This document shows positions 36,666 through 50,166 of a DNA stretch of 64,000 nucleotides, piece after piece; position 1 is the stretch's first letter, and each line of letters begins with the position of its first letter. The stretch covers positions 108,872,001-108,936,000 of the forward strand of contig OZ024740.1 of assembly GCA_964016885.1 (NCBI GenBank). Direction: 5' to 3'. The notes below the pieces were generated by a model. It worked only from the letters and a program-made list of their open reading frames with translations, searched no databases and had not been told where the DNA came from. The translations under genes and the position numbers were made by a program. The stretch comes from Eledone cirrhosa. Taxonomy: Eukaryota.

Positions 36666-38150
36666 TCATCATCATCGTTTAACGTCCATCTTCCACGCTT
36701 GCATGGGTTTGGACGGGAGGTTTCCCACTTGAGGCAAGATTTGTTTTCCTGCTCGTATAGGACTGTCTGGCGGGTTTTCTACAACTGGATGCCCTTCCTA
36801 ACACCAACCACGTTTACAGTGTGGACTGGGAGATTTTTTCCGTGTTACCTACATGGCCACATTACAGCGTGGACTGTATGTTTTTTTGTTGTGACACCTA
36901 CACAACCACATTTGTTTCGGGCTGGATGTTGTGGTACCAACATAACTTTACATTTAAGGGGGTGGTGTGGATGGGGTGGGGCTAGTGGGACGGGAGGATG
37001 GGGGGGGGGTTATATTGTTAGAGGTGCCTACTGACTGTAGGTTTCGCTTTGTACTTAGGCAAGGCGGGTCTTCTGTATGACTGTGTAGCGCCAAAGATCT
37101 CAGTCCAGTGACATTGTCTTGGAGAGGTGTAAGTGTGTGAGGTCGGAATTTATCAAGTCGTCCCAGGTTTTTCTGGGTCTGCCTACTCCGTGGCTACCGT
37201 CTATTTTTATCGCCCTGCACTTTTTTATACAGCTGTCGTCTTTCATGCGCATCACGTGACCGTACCAATGTAGTCTTCTCTCGAGTAAACAACATCTGAT
37301 CCCTCTTATTCCTAATTTCTCCCTTAGTTCGTTTATGCTTTGCCGTTCACGTATATTACTATTACACATCCAGCGGAGCATGCAAGCTTCGTTTCTCTCC
37401 AGTCTGCATATATCCTCTGCACACAATGCCCAGGTCTCACTGCTATGTAACATTGCTGTTCGTATGCAGGCATCATACAGCCTGCCTTTCATTTTTAGAG
37501 AGAACCCTTTAGCGGCCAATAGTGGTATAAGCTCTCTGAACTTTTTCCATCCCGTTCTGACTCTAGCTACTCTACTTTCAGAGCACCCTCCCCCACTGCT
37601 GATTTTGTCACCCAGGTAACGGAAGGTGTCTACTATTTCTATAGAACCATCTGTGCAATTGTATTCTGTGGGCACTTGCTGCTACTTATTGCACCAGAGC
37701 ACCAGCCACATATAAAATCTATATTCTTAGTTAGCTTACCTGTGATCCCACTACATCTTTTATGCACCCATACTTTGCATTTGGGACATAAAATGGAGTT
37801 TCTGCCTACTCCTTTCCTACACACTGAGTATGGCCATTTCCCAGATGGGACCGGTGCCCTATTTTCCTTCCTACAAACTAGAACTTTAGTCTTAGACAAG
37901 TTAACTTTAAGGCCTTTTGATTCTAGGCCATGCTTCCATGTTTGGAATTTCTTCTCTAGTTCAGCCATTGATTCAGCTATGAGCGTTAGATCATCTGCAT
38001 ATAGGAGTTCCCATGGGCAGCCGGTCTTGAACTCCTCTGTTATAGCCCGAAGGGCAATAATAAATAGTAGGGGGCTAAGAACGGAGCCCTGATGAACACC
38101 AACTTTTACACTAAACTCTTCACTATATTCGTTGTTAATTCTAACCTTGC
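36661..38150 (-). mobile_element. RTE family 2, 5'-truncated (RT to 3' end)
   Basis: GVHQGSVLSPLLF..YADDL; C-terminal domain; 3'UTR; (TA)n at both ends. Confidence 0.92.
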
Positions 38151-38165
38151 TATATATATATATAT

Positions 38166-38253
<88 letters not shown>

Positions 38254-38315
38254 GTACTTGTCCCACTTTTGATGCCCTAGTGGCAAATAAAAGAAATATA
38301 TCTATCTATCTATCT

Positions 38316-38640
38316 ATCTATATATATAATATAAAGCTGACGGCCGTATGTATGTAACAAACTTTTCGCCAAACGACTCAACCAAACATCACCAAATTTG
38401 CACCATAGATGTAACTTTTTCCAAGTAAAAAAGTAAGATCAGATTTTCTAGAAAAAAAATTGTTACTTGCCTTCAGCAACTGAGGTCCTGTGCAGAAGGC
38501 AGGAGAGCAGCACAGACAGAACAAGCCAGATTGGAGCAGGTGAGTTCACAAGGTGATTGCATCCACATTGCATTACAGCATCAGTGTGCCATACAGGTCC
38601 GATTTTTAACTATTCAAACCCAACATCAGAGCACGTTAAC
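38316..38640 (+). mobile_element. Helitron-like 5' end, truncated by the adjacent RTE
   Basis: A|TCTATATATATAATATAAAGCTGA.., TATG microsatellite and CAACCAAACATCACCAAATTTG core resemble non-autonomous Helitron (Lep1/DINE-type) 5' ends. Confidence 0.5.
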
Positions 38641-41132
38641 CCCCCTCCCCCTGCTGACCCCTAGGTACCGGAAGCTGTCAACCACTTCTATAGCACCCAC
38701 CTGCATTTGAAAAATGTGTCTATCAATGCGACTTTTACTGTCAAATTTCCCAGTACATCTACTGCATACATATTTCTCCCTACCTGTTAGTTTGCCTGCT
38801 ATCCCACTACATCTCTTGTGTACCCAAGATCTGCATTATGTACATTTTATAGAATTTATCCCCATTCCGAACATGGCCATTTCCCTGACGGAATCAAAGT
38901 TTTGTCCTCTTTTCTACTCATCAACACTTTTGTCTTAGCTAGGTTCACTCTCAGTCCTCTTGATTTCAACTGCTGTTTCCATAGCCAGAATTTATTCTCT
39001 AGCTCTTCTACTGATTCCTCTAAAAGAACCAGATTGTCAGCCTAGAGAAGTTCCCATGGACAGCCAGTCTTAAACTCTTCTGTTATGGCTTGGAGGACTA
39101 TAATGAACAAGAGCGGGCTGAGGACTGAACCTTGATGTACTCCTACTTGTATCTGGAATTCTTCACTAAACTCGATTCCTACCCTCACTTTACTGACAGC
39201 ACCTCTGTACAAAGCTTGCACTGTCCTCACAAGCCATTCATCAACACCTAGTTTACTTAGGGACCACCAGATGACAGATTGGGGTACCCTATCAAAGGCC
39301 TTCTCTAGGTCAACAAAAGCTAAGTATAGTGGCTTATTCTTCTCTAAGAACCTCTCTTTTAATTGTCTCACTAAGAAGAGAGCATCTGTTGTACTTTTCC
39401 CAGGCACAGAACCAAACTGCATCTCATCTAGTTTGACCCTTTCTCTAATTAGTTGTGCTAATATCCTTTCTGCCACTTTCATGACCTGATCCTTCAGTTT
39501 TATGCCCTTATAATTGCTCCTCTCCAGAGCATCCCCTTTACCTTTGTAGCAATTTATGAGAATACTGATGCACCAGTCTTTAGGTATGACACCGCCATAT
39601 ATAGCCTGATTGGTGATGCGTGCAACCAGTTTAATGACTATGTCCCCTGATGCTTTCAGCATCTCAGCAAGTATCCCCAAAGGTCCAGCAGCTTTACCAT
39701 TTTTCATTTCCTTAATCGCCTCTTGGACCCTATATTCGTCTATCTCAATAGCTGGTCCCTCTGTCGGATCTACTGTGGATAATTTCTCTCTCTCCCATTC
39801 GTTCTCCACATTCATCAGTCTTTCATAATGATATTTCCAGGCCTCCTTTTTCTGATCATTCGTGACACTAAGTACACCGGCATCATTCCGGACATATTTA
39901 TCTCCAACAACATCCTGATTTGCACTGACACACTGCCTTGCAATGCGGAACACTGCACATCTCTGATCTTCCCATCGCAGAACATTGGCAAACCTACTGC
40001 TCTCAGCCTCCCTGCGTGCTAAGTACACCTGATGTATAGCTTCTCTCTTAGTGGCTGTATATCCTTCTCTACTCCCACCATTTTTCCAAGCTAGTCCTTT
40101 GTCTCTAATGGCCCTATCTACCGTGCTGTTCCACCACCAGGTTACTCTCTGTTTGGTTGGAGCTCTGCTCCAGCCACAAATTTCTTCAGTAGCCTGCAGT
40201 AAGTTGTCACGTAAGAAATTCCAGTTATCTATGTCATACGACTCTAAATCATCTTCTTTTTCTCCGTACCTTCCTCTATGTCTCATTCCATCTCTTGCTT
40301 ACTGAGATATCACTAACGACTAACCAATGCTGTGGGGTATATTCTTCCCCGGGGTATGCCTTGGTATTTGACACCATCTGCCTATACCGCTGCCTTACTA
40401 GCAAGAAGTCAATCTGGGTTATGTGCTCGGTTGATTTGTAGGTTATTAGGTGGTTGGCAGGTTTCTGGAAGTTAGTGTTGCAAATGGTTAGTGCACTTGC
40501 ATCACAAAATTCAAGAAGTTTCACTCCTTCATTTCTTGAGCCTTAACCATGCCCACCATGTACCCCAGTGTAACCATCCTGGAGCTGTCCAACCAGACCA
40601 TTGAAGTCCCCTGCTAGCATAATGATGTCTCCATCCTCTGTCATTGCGGCTGTTTGTAAAAGTTGCTCATAAAAGCAGTCTTTCTCATCTTTGCCTAGGC
40701 CTGCTTGGGGAGCATAGGCAGAGATGATTGTCAGTAGTCTCCTGCCTACAACTAATCTAAGCTTAATTATTCTATTTCTAATTCAAACTACCTCTATTGT
40801 CTTATCGGTCCATCTCTCAGCCAGGAAAATGCCTACTTCCCCTAACCTATCATCATTACCCACCCAGAAAAGCTTATAACTAAGAGGTTTGCCTGCGATT
40901 AGTCTCGCAGAGGCACCTCTCCATCTCACCTCTTGCACGCAGTACGCATCCACATGCCTTCTCTCCAGCGTCTCCACTATTTCACCAGATCTATCTGTGA
41001 GAGTGCCAACATTAAGTGTTGCAACTCTGAAATGCGACGTCTTCATATTCTTGTTACTTTTTCTGTAGTGCGATTGCTTGATGACGGTCGGGGGCTTCTC
41101 ACACATGGCCTCACCAGCCACCCCACTACCGT
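38641..41132 (-). mobile_element. RTE family 1, 5'-complete and 3'-truncated, degenerate
   Basis: FRVATLNVGTL (APE), QIDFLL, KAAGP, DLEKAFDRV, GVHQGSVLSPLLF; same 5' end (ACGGTAGTGG) as the 10289-12866 copy; (TA)n upstream. Confidence 0.92.
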
Positions 41133-41165
41133 ATATATATATATTGTAATGTTAAATTCACCTAT

Positions 41166-41380
41166 TGGCAGAATTGGTAGAGTGTCGGGCACCATGCTTC
41201 GCGACATAGAGTTACATCCCTTTACGTTCTGAGTTCAAATTCTGCTGCCGAGGTTAGCTTTACCTTTCATCCTTACGGTGGTCGATAAAATAAAGCACCA
41301 GTACTGCACTGGGGTTGATTTAATCGACTTTCCCCTCCCCTTCGAATTTCTGGCCTTGTGCCTATAGTAGAAAGAATTAT
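41166..41380 (+). mobile_element. SINE family A (sense-orientation reference copy)
   Basis: A-box-like TGGCAGAATTGG, B-box-like GAGTTCAAATTC, central CCTTTCATCCTT..GGTCGATAAAATAAAG, 3' end GGCCTTGTGCCTATAGTAGAAAGAATTAT. Confidence 0.85.
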
Positions 41381-41523
41381 AAACCATTCAGGTTTGTTTG
41401 ATACCATTCAGAGGGAATTTTTGTTTAAAATTTTTATTGTCTTTCTCATATAACATATCTAGTTTTAAAAATACCATAAAGTAATAATAATAATAGTAAT
41501 AATAACAACAACAAAAACAATAG

Positions 41524-41680
41524 TAATTGTTTCTGCTTTTTGGCACAAGGCCAGCAATTATCCCAGTGCATTACTGGTACTTTATTTTATCGACCCCGTA
41601 AGGATGAAAGGCAAAGTTAAACTCGATGGGATTTGAACTTAGACTGTAAAAGGACGTAACTCTATGCTCTACCGATACCA
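41524..41680 (-). mobile_element. SINE family A
   Basis: Same motifs, AAT-rich tail. Confidence 0.8.
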
Positions 41681-42324
41681 ATAATAACATATCATGATGA
41701 TCATCATCATCGCCATCATCTACATAGACTCATTCTGTTATTTTATCCCAATTGGCTCAGCTCCACGCAATAAAACAACAACACTTGCAGTTAAAAATAA
41801 AGTACAAAGGTTTACAGTTTTACCTTATTTATTTCAATATGCAGTTTTGGTGATGAAACAGAGATACTATAAGGTTTGAAAGGACATTTACATATGGATG
41901 AGCATGTAATGACCTCTTTAATGCCAGTACCATGATAAAATGCACACACTAAAACCTGTAGTGTGTCAGTGTTGGAGCCATGAGAAAACACACTCAGTAC
42001 ACCCTGTAAGATGGTTAGCATCAAGAAACAATCATAGAAACAATGCCAAATATGGAATGTATGAGCAAGAAAGGTTGCTCTAACTCATCTGCTCTTGGAT
42101 CATGAAAACCTGTCCAACCCATGCCAGCATGAAAAGTAGATGTGAAGTGATGATTTCGCCCATATAAAGCCTTAAAGTGATATGTAGAATGGTAGGGAGT
42201 TTTTATGTCTGTAATATTGAAATAATGTAAAACTGTAAACACCTGTTCTCACTTCTTTACTGATAGATGCAGTTCTAAATCATTTAATTCTATCTAACAA
42301 TACTTCAAATAAATTCTTTCTTCT

Positions 42325-42900
42325 TCCTTGCTCACTTATTCCTGAGAGGGTTGTTGGGGCAGAGTCCTCAAACATTCCTTCCAGCGGGTACTGTTAGAAG
42401 CAGCCATTTCCAACTGATCCGGCTGGATCCACAAGTGAGACCAGCCAAGCTCATGGATGTTATCTAACCAACTTGCTCAGGGTCTTACCCTTGGTCTCCT
42501 GCCGGTTGGTTTTTGCCTGTAAAATCTGTCCAGCGATTCTTTCCTGAGACATTCTAACCACATGCCCAAAATATCAGAGCCGTATCTCTCAATTTGGAGA
42601 AGTAGTGGCTTTACCTGGAATGATTCTTTGATCTCTTACACACTCTACCAAGTAACATTACTCCAAAGAGCCTCTGGAGGAACCCCATTTCAGCTGCTTC
42701 TATTCACAATCATATTCTTTTGGTCATTATCCAAGATTCATGATCATAGATAAGAGTTAATTAAAGATAGCAAGTTTGTGTTTTACACCTACCTCCTTTC
42801 TTCTGATTACTGAATGCTGAAGCTGGTGCAATTCTTGCACTTAATTCAGCCTCCTGCCTGCCATCACTTGTGAACAAGACCCCAGGATACTTGAACTTCT
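42325..42900 (-). mobile_element. RTE family 3 3' fragment
   Basis: Reverse complement of 14810-15145; includes AGAAGTTCAAGTATCCTGGGGTC (KFKY-LG-like). Confidence 0.7.
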
Positions 42901-43149
42901 CTACTAATAAAATATATCACAGGTGCAGGCCTGGCTGCATGGTTAAAGTGTTTGCTACATAACCACAGAATTTCAGGTTTGGTCAGCTTAACCAAAGTCT
43001 TGTCAGTGAAATTAGACAGATGAAAACTGAAGAAACCTGTCATATATATATACTAATTGCCATCAACAGATATAAATATACTACTTTGATGCTAAATGCT
43101 GCCAGCTGCTGACTGCATATCAACATGAGATATTTTTCTTCACAAAGTT

Positions 43150-43830
43150 TGGTCACCAACAGCAGAGTTTAAAGAGCAAAGATTAAGTCCAGTCCATATG
43201 TTGACATTATCAAGCCATCGTTTTGGCTGCCAGCCTCTATTTCTCTTACCAGCCAACCTTCCTTCCAGGCATAACATACTCACACCACGAGTTGATCCTT
43301 TTTTATGACCGTATAGTTTGAGTAATCTTGACTTGATAATTGATGTAATTGGTCTAAGTCAGGTAATGTTGAGCAGCACACTGATACAGATACAGTTGCT
43401 GAGCCGCTTGTCAGTCATAAGTCTCATGATGTGGTTCTGGAATGTAGAGAGCTTCTGAAGTGACCTTGTCATCCAACTAACACAGTCAAGACCATATAAC
43501 ACAACTGATAGGATGTAAGTATCAACGATCTTAGCCTTCAAATGATAGGAAACTTGTTTTGATGTTAGCACTTCCTTGTTATTGTTGAAAGCTGCCCAAC
43601 CTAGAGTGTGTGATACTGCACAGCAACCATTCCATTTTGTTGTTTGATGATAGTTTGTGACTGAGATATACAAACTCCGTAACTTGAGCAATTTGCTAGT
43701 TGTAGATTGTGAGTTGGAGATTGGCATTGTTTTTATCAGTTGTCATACATTTTGTTTTGGAGATGTTGATGCGCAAGCCAGCCTGCAGCGAATGTTTGGC
43801 CAGTACATTCAGAAAGGCTTGCAGATCAGT
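43150..43830 (-). mobile_element. Degenerate RTE-like LINE fragment
   Basis: GLRINISKTKCM, GWAAF, YILSVVLYG motifs in ORFs 43696-43878 and 43359-43727. Confidence 0.7.
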
Positions 43831-44010
43831 TCTGGAGTAACTCATATATATATATCTCATTATCATCATCATCACCATTTAATGTCCATTTTTCCATGCT
43901 AGCATGGGTTAGACATGTTGTCTCATTGTAAGATAAGCCAGGTCAGATGACCAAGGCTTGCTTTCTACAGCTGGACTCTTTTTGTTGTGTTGCCATATAT
44001 ATATATATGA

Positions 44011-44331
44011 TGGAGGCACATGGCTTAGGGGTTAGAGCATTGGCCTTGCAATCGAAAGGTTGTGAGTTCAATTCTCAGACCGGGTGATGTGTTGTTTCCT
44101 TGAGCAAGACACTTTATTTTCACATTGCTCCAGTTTACTCAGCTGTAGAAATGAGATGATAGGACTGGGTTTCCTATCATTCTATTGCAAAGTGGACGTG
44201 TAGGCACTACAGAAAAAAGCACCCAGCACTCACTGTAAATGAGGTTGGTTTTAGGAAGGGCATCCAGCTGTAGAAATCATGCCAGAATCAGTCCCCGTCC
44301 CACCCTTGCAAGCAGGGAAAAGCGGACGTAA

Positions 44332-44369
<38 letters not shown>
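44011..44369 (+). mobile_element. SINE family B (tRNA head, CORE-like centre, RTE-derived tail)
   Basis: A box TGGCTTAGGGG, B box GAGTTCAATTC, CCTTGAGCAAGACACTT, then GGAAGGGCATCCAGCTGTAGAAA and ACCCTTGCAAGCAGGGAAAAGCGGACGTAAA(TGA)n. Confidence 0.9.
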
Positions 44370-44370
<1 letters not shown>

Positions 44371-44879
44371 TGTGTGTGTGTGTGTGTGTGCATGTACATG
44401 TGTATTTATATCCTGTAATTCAGTGGTTTGAAAAATAGAGTTGGGTAAAACAAGTACCAGATTTGAAAAAGTAAAAAAATGAATATTAGGATTGATATGA
44501 AGAACTAAATTTGTTGAAGGTGGTTCCCCAATATGGCTGCAGTTTAATGATTGAAACCAGTAAAAGAATGAAAGATATATTAACTGATAATTGCTCTTCA
44601 TTACTCGATTTTAATATAATTTTCAGAGTGGTCTCTGCTTGAAAATGAAATCTTCTAACTCTTTATCATTTCCTTCAATTGTAGCTGGAGAGTATTTATA
44701 TTAATCAGTTTGTAAATCAGAGATTATTAAAGAGGAAGTAACTTATCACTGTAATATATTTCTAGTCTGGAACTTTCTTATTTTATTGTCTCTTAACCAG
44801 AAAACTACCCTCTTCCATGTCACCATGGGGTCACTGCTACTGTACGACTCCACTTTAGTGACACTCTGGAGGCAAATCC

Positions 44880-45135
44880 TGATGGTGTTAACCCTTACTT
44901 GGAATATCTCCTGGAAAGCACATCTGACCAAACAAAGACTGTATTATGGCAATCACTGATGTCATGAGAGAGAGGGGGTGAGATAGGAAAGAAGTCACTT
45001 AGTGATATACTTCTATGGACATACACGGATCATCCATTCAGCAAAAAACCCTCATTGACCAGCTCAGTACAGGCACTGTGAGTTTCCTTACCGACTTCCT
45101 ATACACTATGTATGATGAAGATGGTGGCATGATTG
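44880..45135 (+). mobile_element. Old RTE/RTE-X-like C-terminal fragment
   Basis: NISWKAHLTKQRLY..ILLW..KTLIDQL..MYD motifs. Confidence 0.5.
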
Positions 45136-45164
45136 AATCAAAGATCAAGCTTGACCAGACAGCT

Positions 45165-45313
45165 TTTTACATGTAACACCACAGCACATATCTTACCTCA
45201 ATTCAGTAGGATTAGTAACACAAACTTTTACGTGTAACACCACAACACATATCTTACCTCAATTCAGTAGGATTAGTAACACAAACTTTTACGTGTAACA
45301 CCACAACACATAT
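45165..45313. repeat. 61-bp tandem duplication, ~2.4 copies
   Basis: TTTTACGTGTAACACCACAACACATATCTTACCTCAATTCAGTAGGATTAGTAACACAAAC repeated. Confidence 0.9.
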
Positions 45314-46000
45314 ATATACTATTACTATAAGGCTTTTTTGCCATTTTGAAGCAGTTTAGGTTTAGCCATCAAGCAAAAAAAATCCTTTTAATGATATTCA
45401 TACTCTATTTTCTTTAACTATATAATACTAAGTTGGTTTTAACTAATAACATCTAATCCATATATGTATATATAGCATCATCATCACTGTTTAACATCTA
45501 TTTTTCCATGCTAGCATAGGTTAGACAGGTTGTCCCATTTGAGACAAGTCAGGTCAGGTGACTGTGTCTTGCTCATACAGAAGTTTCTGGCGTGGTTTCT
45601 ACAGTTGGATGCCCTTCCTAATGCCAATGTCATTTACAAACACGTGTGTGTATCTAGTTTGGTACACTGTATTCCTGCAAGTTGTAAGAAGTAAAAAAGG
45701 TTGGTGTCAGGAAGGCATCAAACTATACAACATCGCCTCAAGAAGACCTATCCAACCCATGCCAATGTAAAAATGATTATATATATATACTTTCCCCTTT
45801 TGGTATTCATCATTGTTGTTGTTATATACACCTGGTCTATATTATTCATGGTGTTTCCCTCGAATATCTTAATATATTCACTCTGATGGAGGAAATTATT
45901 CATTTCTCACATTTGAATGCTTAGGGACTACCTCAACAAATTCAATGGGTGTTGCTCTATTGCAGCTTCAGCTTCAATGTGATACTAAAATATATATATA

Positions 46001-46295
46001 GTTCAATTCTCAGACCGGCTGATGTGTTGTTTCCTTGAGCAAGACACTTTATTTCACATTGCTCCAGTTTACTCAGCTGTAGAAATGAGATGATAGGGAC
46101 TGGGCTCACTATCATTCCACTGCAAAAAAGCACCCAGCCCACACTGTAAAGTGGACGTGTAGGCGCCACAGAAAAAAAAGCACCCAGCACTCACTGTAAA
46201 TGAGGCTGATGTTAGGAAGGGCATCCAGCTGTAGAAATCAAGCCAGAATCAGTTCCCGTCCCACCCTTGCAAGCAGGGAAAAGCAGATGTAAAAT
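46001..46295 (+). mobile_element. SINE family B, 5'-truncated
   Basis: Matches 44065-44335; preceded by (TA)n. Confidence 0.88.
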
Positions 46296-46419
46296 GAAAT
46301 GAAAATGAAATGATATCAAGTTTTTATATCATATTTTAGAAACGGATACAAGTTTATGTGATTGTATCGCTGTCAAGTGAATACAGTGGGAATTAGTAAT
46401 AACATATTAAATGAAAGAT

Positions 46420-46480
46420 GAAAGAAGAAATAGAAAGTAGAGAAGACAAAAGGTGTGTTTTCATCAAATGTTGTTTTATT
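46420..46480 (-). terminator. Candidate polyadenylation site (AATAAA plus downstream U-rich element)
   Basis: Minus strand: AATAAA at 46480-46475, CA dinucleotides ~20 nt downstream, then TTTTGTCTTCTCTACTTTCTATTTCTTCTTT. Confidence 0.35.
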
Positions 46481-47199
46481 GTAGATGAAAAGGAATGTTG
46501 ACTTTGGATCTATTGATATATCCAGCATAAGACCATCAGTTTGTAACAAATCAATATAAGAATTACCAAGTCACTTCTCTCTTGTGCTAACTTAAGTGAT
46601 TGTGTTCAACGAACAAGACAGTAGTGGAAAAAAAAATAGTGTTTATAAAGAATAATGTTTGTCAAAAAAGTGTATTTAGGTGGGTAGAAAGTGAAAAAAA
46701 TAATATAAGAAGCAAAATTCAAATATAAAAAAAAAGAACTGATAATTTTTTTTTTTTTTAAGAATAAGAAAAATATATAAACTTTTTGGTTCTTTGTTAC
46801 ACTGAAATTTGAAGCAATCATATACAGAAAGTTAAGTAGATGGCTATTGAGGTTTATTTATCATTATTATTATTTTTTTTTTATAGAGGAACTGAGAAGT
46901 CTTTACAGCCTCTGAATAGGCTTTGGTGTTGTTGCTGGTGTTTTTTTTTTAATGTTTTAATTTTTTTTTTAAATAATTTCAAAATCTGTAACCACTTTTA
47001 TTAGGGCTGAATGGAAAGAAAAGTTTAATATTGACTTATTATGAAATGAGAGCGAGAAGGCCACAGAATGTCGGGGTTTAAGCAGCGGTATTGAAATAAT
47101 AAATCAACGGGATGCCAATGTACAAGAGAGCACACTTAATGCGACAAACACACCAATTACTACTATTATATATACAAGAGAGCACACAACAAATACACA

Positions 47200-47240
<41 letters not shown>

Positions 47241-47739
47241 CAAATGTCTTCTATGAGATTTCATTTCCTCCCTTATTCTGAGCATCCTTTTACATGTATG
47301 CTGCTACACAAACAAGCAAAAAAAAAAGACTTAGGATCTTAAAGTAAGAAGACCCATACTCCAACATTTAGGGCCATTGGCAGATGGAGAAAGTGGAAAA
47401 AACATAAATGCATTTTTTTTAAAATTTATTTATTCAAACTTTTATTTTATTTTTGACTTAACACTTATCTCCAAATGCTAAGAACAGTGAGATCACTTTA
47501 CCACCAGTCAATATATATATACATATACATATACATATACATAATAGAGGTGTTATGAAAAAATATTTTTATTCGGCAGCGAGGCTAACCATATGTTTAT
47601 TGTATATAAACGTATTATATATGTTTTCATATACACCTCTATTATACTTAAATGCTGACTTAGTGCTACTGCCAATTATATATATACATATATATACTAT
47701 AAGTGTCAGTGATTAACCAACACATACTCAAATTAATAA

Positions 47740-47792
<53 letters not shown>

Positions 47793-48348
47793 TACATACA
47801 TACACACACCCACCCATCTGCTTTCTACTACAGCATTATACAAGCAGACACACACAGGCATATTGTCATGTTGCATTCCTGCATAGAGGGCCTGAAAACT
47901 GCAAACAAAGATACATATATATATATAAATGCATACATAAACTTCAAACTCTTATATGTTGACGCTATCATTCCTAACAATATAAGAGGAGGATAACAAA
48001 AATATCAAAAAAGGCCTCTAAATTCAACGATCCCACAAAAAGCAATGAAACAAAGGTATATGGAGAGCCACTGTTTAAAATTTTTCTTGGACACAATAGA
48101 TGAAGCTAGAAGCTGTGAGAGATACATAACATTCTTTGTACAAGGAATGACAGCAAATCTATCTTGACTTGAAAGCTTATGATAGCAGTGACACTGAACT
48201 ATGAAACATTTCAATTTATTTTTTCTTAAACGTAGGTTTCCTAATAATTTTGTTAAACAACATTAAATTAGCCACCACAGTAGGTATATATATATATATA
48301 TACTATTGCTTGATAATTCTTATTTTGATAAGAGATTTATTCTAGAGT

Positions 48349-48593
48349 TTAACTCATTTGATATCAACCCACCTGAAACCAGTCCTGGTTTTTATGATAC
48401 AAAAGTGTTCATATCTAAATTAAAAACTGTCCAATGTGATGTTATGCAAAAACCTTTTATTAAGCGATGTTTCAAATACCAGTTTAATAATGAAAAAGTT
48501 AAGTTATGCACGTTATTAAATTTGTTCAAATTCTTCAATATTTTGAAACAAGGCCTATGAATTTTGTAAGAAATATAGTAACAAAAGGGTTAA
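48349..48593. mobile_element. TTAA-flanked MITE (piggyBac-like), complete degenerate copy
   Basis: TTAA|CTCATTTGATATCA ... AGAAATATAGTAACAAAAGGG|TTAA. Confidence 0.65.
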
Positions 48594-48923
48594 AGAAATT
48601 TGAAATTTCCTGAGAGAATAACAGATTGTTGTTCTGACTAGGGGAATACATTACATTTTAGAGAAATTATTGGTATCTCGCAACGAACAAATTATATATT
48701 CTCTAAACCACAATATATTTTTTGAAATCTCATAACTGAAGTTTGAAATAACAAATAATTTGCATAAAATATATTCAAAAGGCCCAAAAGCATAACACTT
48801 ATTGCTATAAGTTTTAGTGTTATGTAACATAGTATTTTGTAGTTAAAATAGCATTAGCAAGAGGAGGTTAAAATAGTGAGGCCTTATCTCCAACTATAGC
48901 GCAGAACAAAGCAAAAGAAACAA

Positions 48924-48972
<49 letters not shown>

Positions 48973-50166
48973 CATGTATGCATATATGTATATATATATA
49001 CACAAATATATATACTACATTTATATATTATATACAAACATACATACAGGGTAATCTTTAGTGATTTCTGAGAGATTATTATCAACAAATTAACTGATAA
49101 TTTTAATAAGTATAAAAAAACGTTTAGCTAATAAATTAAGGGGCTGTTTTAACAATAAACTACAGCTTGAACAAAACATACAAATATATATATATATATA
49201 GAGAGAGAAACTTATATATATATATATATAAATGACGATTTTATTGAGCTTAGTTTCAACAACTAAACAAACCATAACTGAAGTTTTTCTGAACCAAAAA
49301 GAGTGAAAAAAAATGTTCAGAAAAAAAGGGGGAGGGGGGAAGCATTAGATTTCAACAGTCTATGTTATGCTAAGCACCAATATATATATACACATACATG
49401 TACCATAATAATCAACGAGTGGTAAGAGAGCTCTATATTAGTAGAAGAGCTATAAATTTACATAATAACGACATTGTACAACATTACATCGAGATATATC
49501 ATCTCACTTGAATCAATTTTTTCAAGTATGGAACCAGATAATGGCCAATTTTATGTTGTGTAATATCATTATTATATATATATATGATAAATCATATATA
49601 TATGATATATATATATATATATATGATATATATATATATATATATGATATATATATATATATATATATGATATATATATATATATATATATATAAAAAGT
49701 GTAATACTAATAAGAAAAACTTGATTATATAACATTTGCTAAAAAGAACATATTTCTTTAGCAGAAAAAAAAAATTAATTTAAAAGAGAAAAAAAAATGA
49801 AAATATTTAAATATCAAACTCATATATATATATATATTATAGCAGACAAATATGTATGTTGTTGCTACCATTTGATATAAAGTAACCAGTAAAAGGAAAA
49901 GTTTTATTTCTCTTTACAAATAAACCAAGAAACCAGGTAGTTTAATAAATATTTATGTTAGAACACAGAGAAACTTTGAATATTTTAAGGTAAACTTAAA
50001 GAAGATATAACAACCATTTTTGAATTAGAAGCCTATAGAGGAATAGTTGAAAGTGTTTACACTTACAACATCATTCTTTTCACAGCAAAGCCTTCTAATT
50101 AAAAAATGGCAGGTATAGCTTCCAGAAGTCTACCTTAAAATCTTTAAGGGCATATATGTAATAGCA

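Noticed and set aside
44011-44085. tRNA gene (also 59769, 63430-63500, 55350-55421)
   Set aside because: A/B boxes are present but run into SINE core and tail; these are tRNA-derived SINE heads, not cloverleaf genes.
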